Shown here piece after piece: positions 57,980-64,000 of a DNA stretch of 64,000 nucleotides. Numbering within the stretch: the stretch's first letter is position 1; every line of letters starts with the position of its first letter. A model generated the notes under the pieces. It had not been told where the DNA came from and ran no database searches. It saw nothing but the letters and a program-made list of their open reading frames with translations. Source of the stretch: Chlorokybus atmophyticus. Lineage: Eukaryota > Plantae > Mesostigma and Chlorokybus algae. The translations under genes were made by a program, and so were the position numbers. The stretch spans positions 558,001 to 622,000 of the forward strand of contig RHPI01000638.1 of assembly GCA_009103225.1 (NCBI GenBank), read 5' to 3'.

Positions 57980-59670
57980 GTCACTTGGCACACTTCTCTT
58001 GCTCAGCGGCCGCATTACATGCCGCAGCATATCGTGCCTGCTCCTGCTGATTGTACTCATCACAGGTCCAAACAAACCTTCTGGGCTCGTGGACCTAGTT
58101 CCCAATGTCATTGTCATCCGCCTCCGCTTCCCATGTTCCTTCCCATACCTCCTCCAACACATACTCCTCCAGCGTGCATGCAGTGTACGCATGCGCTTCC
58201 CCTCTCTGTTTGGTAATCATGCCAGCGACATCACTATCCGTTGTATTGAGAGAGTTGCATGATTCTTTCGACAGAAGTAGATAAGTGTAGCGGTGTTTTT
58301 GTTATTATGTAAAATTGGTAGTACCTAACACTGTTGCGAGAAGAGCTAGCTACTGCTACTTACACTCAGGTCGACGACAGCAAACAGGCTGTGCTGCTAC
58401 GGCATGCCTTGTTAAACTGCGAGCGGGGGGTATCACCCTATGGGTGCCAGTGAGACTTCTCTGAGAGACTTCCACATCATCTCTATATGACACTGAAGCT
58501 TCACAAAGACCCCCCACGCCCACAGTATATTGCAGCGGAATGCAACGTCCTTGACATCTGTTAGCGTGTGGCTAACTTGTGCTTACAAGTAAATGTTCCC
58601 TGCTCTTAACTTGCTGTGGTTAAAAATTGTGCAGGTGCCCGGGGTGTGTGTGGTGCATTGCAGTTGGATTCTGAACGATGCCCTCGCGGTTATGGACTTG
58701 GTGCACCGCATCAACACCTCACGCTCCATGCAAGATAAGCACCAACACATGGTCATGCACATGTATGACCTCATCAACCCCAGGTGTATAGGCTATACAC
58801 TTACTTGTGACGCGAGGAGTTGCTAGAGGGAATGCGTAATTTGGTTGAAGAACTATTTGTGCATGCCGCATGCATTACATGGCTGATACCTTATACGTTA
58901 CATTCCACAACGGGGAAACCACCCATGATTGGGGATGTGGGGCAAACAGGGCCATTCTGCGTTAAGAGCAAACACGTGTTTTTATCAAGCATGCATTGAG
59001 TGCTATGCTGACGTATTTTGTTGTCAACTTGTTTGTGCAGACTGCAGCGGATAAATTGCATCAGCAAACCATTGAAATCCCAATGGGAAACAAGGCGGGA
59101 GTTTACTAGCAAACTACTATTTGAAGTACTTACTGGTGCTGACCATAGCGATGAACGTGGTGAGAGATGTTGATGATTTGTTGGTTGAAATTCTCGGAGT
59201 TTTAATCAGTCATGTATCAGTCACTTCATACCCTAGCAGGTGGCATCTACTCGCAGCACATACTAACACCAACTGCATCCGCTGTTGGCACGTCGGAGCC
59301 CTTTCTGGACATAATGTTGTTTGAAACTTGTGATGTTGGATTGTGCACGAGAGTGTACAGCAAACCAACCTTGCCACAGTTTGCTACAATACCATGACGA
59401 AGGGCACCGCACCACAGAGGAACATTGCTAGAGTATCCAAGTTAAGGGTAATGGTCTCACAATGCATTAGGTTCTTACACTTATCTACATACCGTTCCCA
59501 CTTCTTGCAAGATGTTCTGCCCCTACGACCAGTTATAATAGGAGAGGGCTATCATAAGCAGATGTTGTTGGGAGTACTGTGCAAGTGGATGTCACGACAA
59601 GAAAGAGTTATCCTTGGAGGGACATACATGTACCTGTACCACCTCATCCACCCGAGACTGCACCAGTAAA
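57980..59670 (+). mobile_element. Penelope-like element RT remnant
   Basis: QQTIEIPMG..ANYYL (~59060-59120), RDVDDLL, PFLDIML..LCTRVYSKPT, MVSQCIRF..EGY in the order of PLE RT and thumb motifs. Confidence 0.7.
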
Positions 59671-61519
59671 CAGGTAAGTACAGGTGAGTGCTTAGGTCAG
59701 AAGTGCGGGGAGCAGGTCACAATGCCCGCTTATAAGTTGGGGACTTGGGACTTGCTACTTGCTACTATGCTACTACTGGCTGCTATGCTACTTGCTGCTT
59801 GCTGCCATGCTACTACTATGCTACTTGCTGGTGCTGTGTTGCTGGTGCTGATGCTGGTGATGCTTGTAACCAGTATGCAGTACATGTCACAGAGATGCTT
59901 CATGCTAGTCATGTTGGAGACCGTTGAAACAAATGACCAACAGAACGCCTGCAGGCGATGTGACAGGGATTAGGTATACAGCCGCCATCGGAGCTGCTCG
60001 GAGGCGGGGGGTCCAGTCAGTCGTCAACATTGTCCAAGTCCTGCTGGTCTACCCCCTCCACAAGGACTAAGCCCGGACCTCTGCTGCGCAGGTGGTTACC
60101 CCGTGCTTAAACCTCTCCATCCCTCATCCCCTGCTCTGCCTGTTTGTGGTTGTCATGCTAGCTAGCTGTGTCAAAGCTTAGCAATTTGCTAGCGCTGGTC
60201 GNNNNNNNNNNNNNNNNNNNNNNNNNNNNNNNNNNNNNNNNNNNNNNNNNNNNNNNNNNNNNNNNNNNNNNNNNNNNNNNNNNNNNNNNNNNNNNNNNNN
60301 NNNNNNNNNNNNNNNNNNNNNNNNNNNNNNNNNNNNNNNNNNNNNNNNNNNNNNNNNNNNNNNNNNNNNNNNNNNNNNNNNNNNNNNNNNNNNNCCCCCC
60401 CAAACTTGCAATGGTAATGTACAGAAAATGCGAGAGGGGTATGCTCGTTCAGACAACACCACGCATGCAACACTCTGCAGAACACACTCACCTCGTTACT
60501 ACATACGCGACCACCGGGCTACCTACTCTACTCCTACACCTACATCTACGCCCCCCTGTCAGTCATGCATGCACACGTTGCAATCGTGGTTACCTGCACC
60601 AGCGCCACCTGGTTAGCGGCCCATTTGCAGCAGCACCAGCGGTTACAAGAGCAGCAGGACTTGGACTCCCCCTCCCTCCTCCCTTCCCTACACCCTCCCT
60701 GTGTGTGTGATTGCCTTGACACTGCTTTTGCACCACACTTGCATCTATATTGCATTACATAGTGGTGTTGTGACCCAGTGGCATGTAAAGCAATGAGATG
60801 CAAGTAGTTGTGCCAGCAAACAACACACCCGCACACACAAGCAATGGTATTACCAAAGAGATTAGGCATGTACAAAAGATGCGAGTGGGATACTTTACAC
60901 AAGATGCAACGGGATGTCATGCATGCAAGGCAACCATAGATGTATGCGAGTGGGATAGTGTATATAAAGGGTATGGTACTATGGCATGTGTGTGCTTGCA
61001 ACAGCGTTGGGGGGAGTAGCAGTAGGGTGTTGCCAATACTATCTGCGTCCATGCTCCTGACAATTGACTAATGCATGGCCACTGCACGGACAATTCGTGG
61101 CAATACAGCAGTGATACAAAAATGAGGACAAATGCTCAATGCAGCTGCAACATGAAGGTGAGCTCTCATGGCACGCTTACACAAGGACATGAATATAACA
61201 ACTGCAATCAACGCATGTTAACTAGACTGCATTCCGCGCGATTTCGATGGAACAATGTCATGCTATCTCCATGCGAAATGGGATGATGTCATAGCAAGAC
61301 AGCGTTGCAACAGATTGATTAAACGCGAACACCAACGCGCACCCTTAAGTACATGTGACTCGCAAGCACTCACCCAAGCAAGCACTGGCGCCGTAACAAA
61401 CGGCCAACATCACTCTCGATTATCAAATGTCTTTAGGCCCCGTCAATCCAGACTGGATGCAATGCAGTCATGTAATAAGGCCAGAACATGTAGGCAGTGG
61501 ACAGTTGGTCAGTTTGTGC

Positions 61520-62469
61520 TCAGGGAGCTGTGGAGTTGATACTGTTCTTGGCAGCGCTCACAACATCGTCGTCTGAACGCAGCTGCGCGGATACGTCGTC
61601 AATGGCCGTGTTGAGCTGCGCAATCTTCTCATTGAGACTCCTGCGCGTGCTCTGCAGCCAGAACAATGGATGAAAGCGATGCGCAACCAATGCAGCGACT
61701 GCGATGGGATTGGCTGAAACGAGCAGAGTTGTGTGCGAACTGCTTGCAATCACAACACATTTAAAGCACGCTTGGCTTAGTGCAACAACTGACATTGCAA
61801 CAGAACAGGTGGACGATCACAGTTACAAACGCGCGAGTGGTACACACGCACCGACAGACAAGTGATGATGGTATTATCATTGTTGTGGTGGTGGCACGGA
61901 CGACTGTCACGTCATTGACTGCATGCACACATAAGCACCCCAACTCACACGCCTAGGTCAGCGAGAGAAAATGTGCTGGAATGAATTCTGTCGGAAAAGA
62001 TTGCACCACACGCAAAGCAAGAAGCTGTGGAAGTGGAGTGACAGGCAATGTAAGCATGCATGCACTTGTCTACCTCAAGTGATCCATCCTCGTCCTCTAG
62101 GAAGCTGCGTAGTCTGCTTCGTGTTCCCCCCGCGCCCCCCTCTCCCAGCAGCGCGCGCGACAGCTGCGGCGCGAAGATGAACCCCAGCGCCCCAAACACC
62201 GCGCCGCCCAGCGCAAACCCCAGCGCGAACGATGTCCCCGAGCCTCCTGACGAGGAGGAGGAGGACGACGGGCCCGCCCCCTCGGCCCTGACCGCGGGGG
62301 CCGCCGCCCGCTGCCGCCGTGTGGGACGGGAGCAACAGGCGTGAGGGAAGGCAAGCCCAGGCGGCAGGCGAGCGCGTCCTCGCCTGCGGTAGGCGGATGC
62401 TGAGTGCGGCAGCGTGGCGACGTGGGCAGCGAGCGGGGCCATGGCCATGGCTCCCACCGTAGATGCCAT
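61520..62469 (-). CDS. Plastid-targeted membrane protein of the At5g16660/At1g42960 type (YtxH-like segment), 2 exons, ~175 aa
   Basis: Exons 62469-62074 and 61651-61520 in phase 0 with GT-AG; Ala/Arg/Ser-rich transit peptide, FALGFALGGAVFGALGFIFAPQL, TRRSLNEKIAQLNTAIDDVSAQL. Confidence 0.88.
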
Positions 62470-63718
62470 GACTGGCAAGCGCGACAACGGCGCGTGAAAA
62501 GTGAAGGTGCCTGCCTGGGTGGGGTGGTCCAGAGCAGTGCGCTGCCTGCCTGCCTGAGGGCGGGCGGCACTGTCGCCGTCGAGGTTTGTGCTGGCGCGCG
62601 CAAGCGTTTAGGGTTTGCTTGCTCTATTCGGAATAGACCATCTCCAATCAATACTAACCATGCAACACTCGAAAGCCCAACGAATAATAGCGAGGGCAAG
62701 AAGTGCTTGCTACAATCATAACTCGCCAATGAGCGACACGTTGCGCGGCGGCTGCATCCACGACCCAGCTGCGGCCCGCGACGGAGGGCCTGTAGCTTAG
62801 CAGGTGCGTGCGACCCCTGCTGCTGGCTGCGCTCGCGCTCGCACTGTGAGACGCAGCAGGCCAAGGAGGAAGCCCCAGCAGCACCGCATGCAGCGAAAGA
62901 CGAGAAGACGAGAAGCGACACCCTTCCAAGCCAAGCCGGTCGGTGACGCTTCAGCGACTTGTGGGATTACCCCCCCTTGCTGCCGCACAAGCCAACAGTA
63001 GAGTTTGAGGATGGTCATCTAGGTCATCTTGCTTGTCGCCTGGGGATGGCCTGCTTTGTGGGACTTGAGTGCTAGATGCATACGCACAATCCCCTCGCAA
63101 CCACCAGCCACCAGCGTGGTAACGGTCCAGCAGGGAACTAGAAAAACCGCAAATGCAGTTTATGGATGGTCGTTTGTAACTGGCCTCCACAGCAGAGCAG
63201 ATTTTGCGAGAACAATGACACCAGGGCTTACTTGGTTGTGTTGTTTGGCAGCAGCGTCCATGTCACCGAGCCCAATTGGTTGCGACCAACAGTGCGTAGC
63301 TAAGTGCACAAGCGCTGACTTCACGACAACTGACCAATGAGACGCAGCAGGTGAGCAGCTATGACCAATTAGTTTGCTAAAGCCCAAGCAGCATGACTTA
63401 CCTAATTGTTTTGCTCGCAACGCCTCCTGTGACATGCGTTTATTGTGCTGTCCCCGTCAGGATCCAACAGCTTGCCTGCAGTGCGCAATCTGGGAACCAT
63501 TTCTAACGTTGAAATTGTCAACACAGTATGTGAACCGTGTTCTCGCAGCATCTCTACGAATTGCGCACGCCTTGCGTGTGGCAGGTGCGCAGCGCAGTTG
63601 TAGGAGGTGTCATGCTGCATGTCGTGTCGATTGCGCACCATGCCATCGTGATAATGCTATTGTTCTTGGATGTTATGTTGTGTGTCATACGCAAGGAGGT
63701 GTTGAGAGTGCGGTGGGG

Positions 63719-63918
63719 ATGGCGGTGGACGACTTCAACGTGTCGCAACAGAGCGTGCTGGCATGGCTCAGCCGCCTTGGCAACAGCCTCTCCCTTGCGG
63801 GCAGCCTCTTCATCATCGCGTGCTATCTGGGCCTCGGCGCCATCCGCCGCTTCTCCTTCTCACTCATATTCTTCCTCTCTCTCGCGGACGCCGTCAACGC
63901 CATCGCGCACCTCCTCGG
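63719..63918 (+). CDS. GCR1: First coding exon of a GCR1-like (cAMP-receptor family) 7TM receptor
   Basis: MAVDDF..LSLAGSLFIIACYLGLGAIRRFSFSLIFFLSLADAV resembles TM1-TM2 of plant GCR1; donor GG|GTAC at 63919; the gene continues beyond the window. Confidence 0.8.
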
Positions 63919-64000
63919 GTACATGCGTGCATGCCAGACTACATGCAGCCGCTCAGATTAGTGTTGAGTATTTGTTTTGTCTTGGCTAGGCTGAGTAGCG

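Noticed and set aside
59740-59860. Hydrophobic repeat protein (LLATMLLLAAMLLAA)
   Set aside because: Low-complexity (TGCTAC/TGC) simple repeat with no splice or codon support.
57800-60200. Hammerhead ribozyme near the Penelope-like remnant
   Set aside because: No CTGANGA...GAAA core with flanking stems found by eye.
63374-63718. Long N-terminal extension of GCR1 (ORF 63374-63961)
   Set aside because: Cys-rich, intron-like sequence with no homology; family similarity starts at ATG 63719.

Overview
Eukaryotic nuclear DNA with spliceosomal introns and no prokaryotic features, probably from a green alga with flagellated cells. An early-diverging streptophyte is likely: the window holds a plastid-targeted At5g16660-type gene, a GCR1-type receptor and a CFAP157/BBOF1-type ciliary gene (this assignment is inference). 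Bases 1 to about 51 kb are a deeply nested transposon graveyard. It contains at least five Ty1/copia LTR families, all with the half-tRNAiMet primer site GGTTATGGGCCCA, and several of them are gag-only ~2.2-2.3 kb elements, one very young with an intact 261-aa Gag. It also holds a chromovirus-type Ty3/gypsy, several DIRS-type tyrosine-recombinase retrotransposon remnants, pogo/Tc1-type MITEs and, further right, a Penelope-like RT remnant. Bases 51-64 kb contain three host genes. The most unusual object is a 416-bp non-coding element (31478-31893) whose two ends are 74-bp perfect-type palindromes with TGT...ACA termini and a 5-bp TSD. A lone 74-bp palindrome of the same family, with its own 5-bp TSD, sits at 23163-23236. 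Also notable: a circularly permuted copia (LTR-LTR junction, reopened in RT, templated filler), two fold-back LTR structures, and telomeric TTAGGG filler at a rearrangement junction. All alignments were done by eye; no searches were run.
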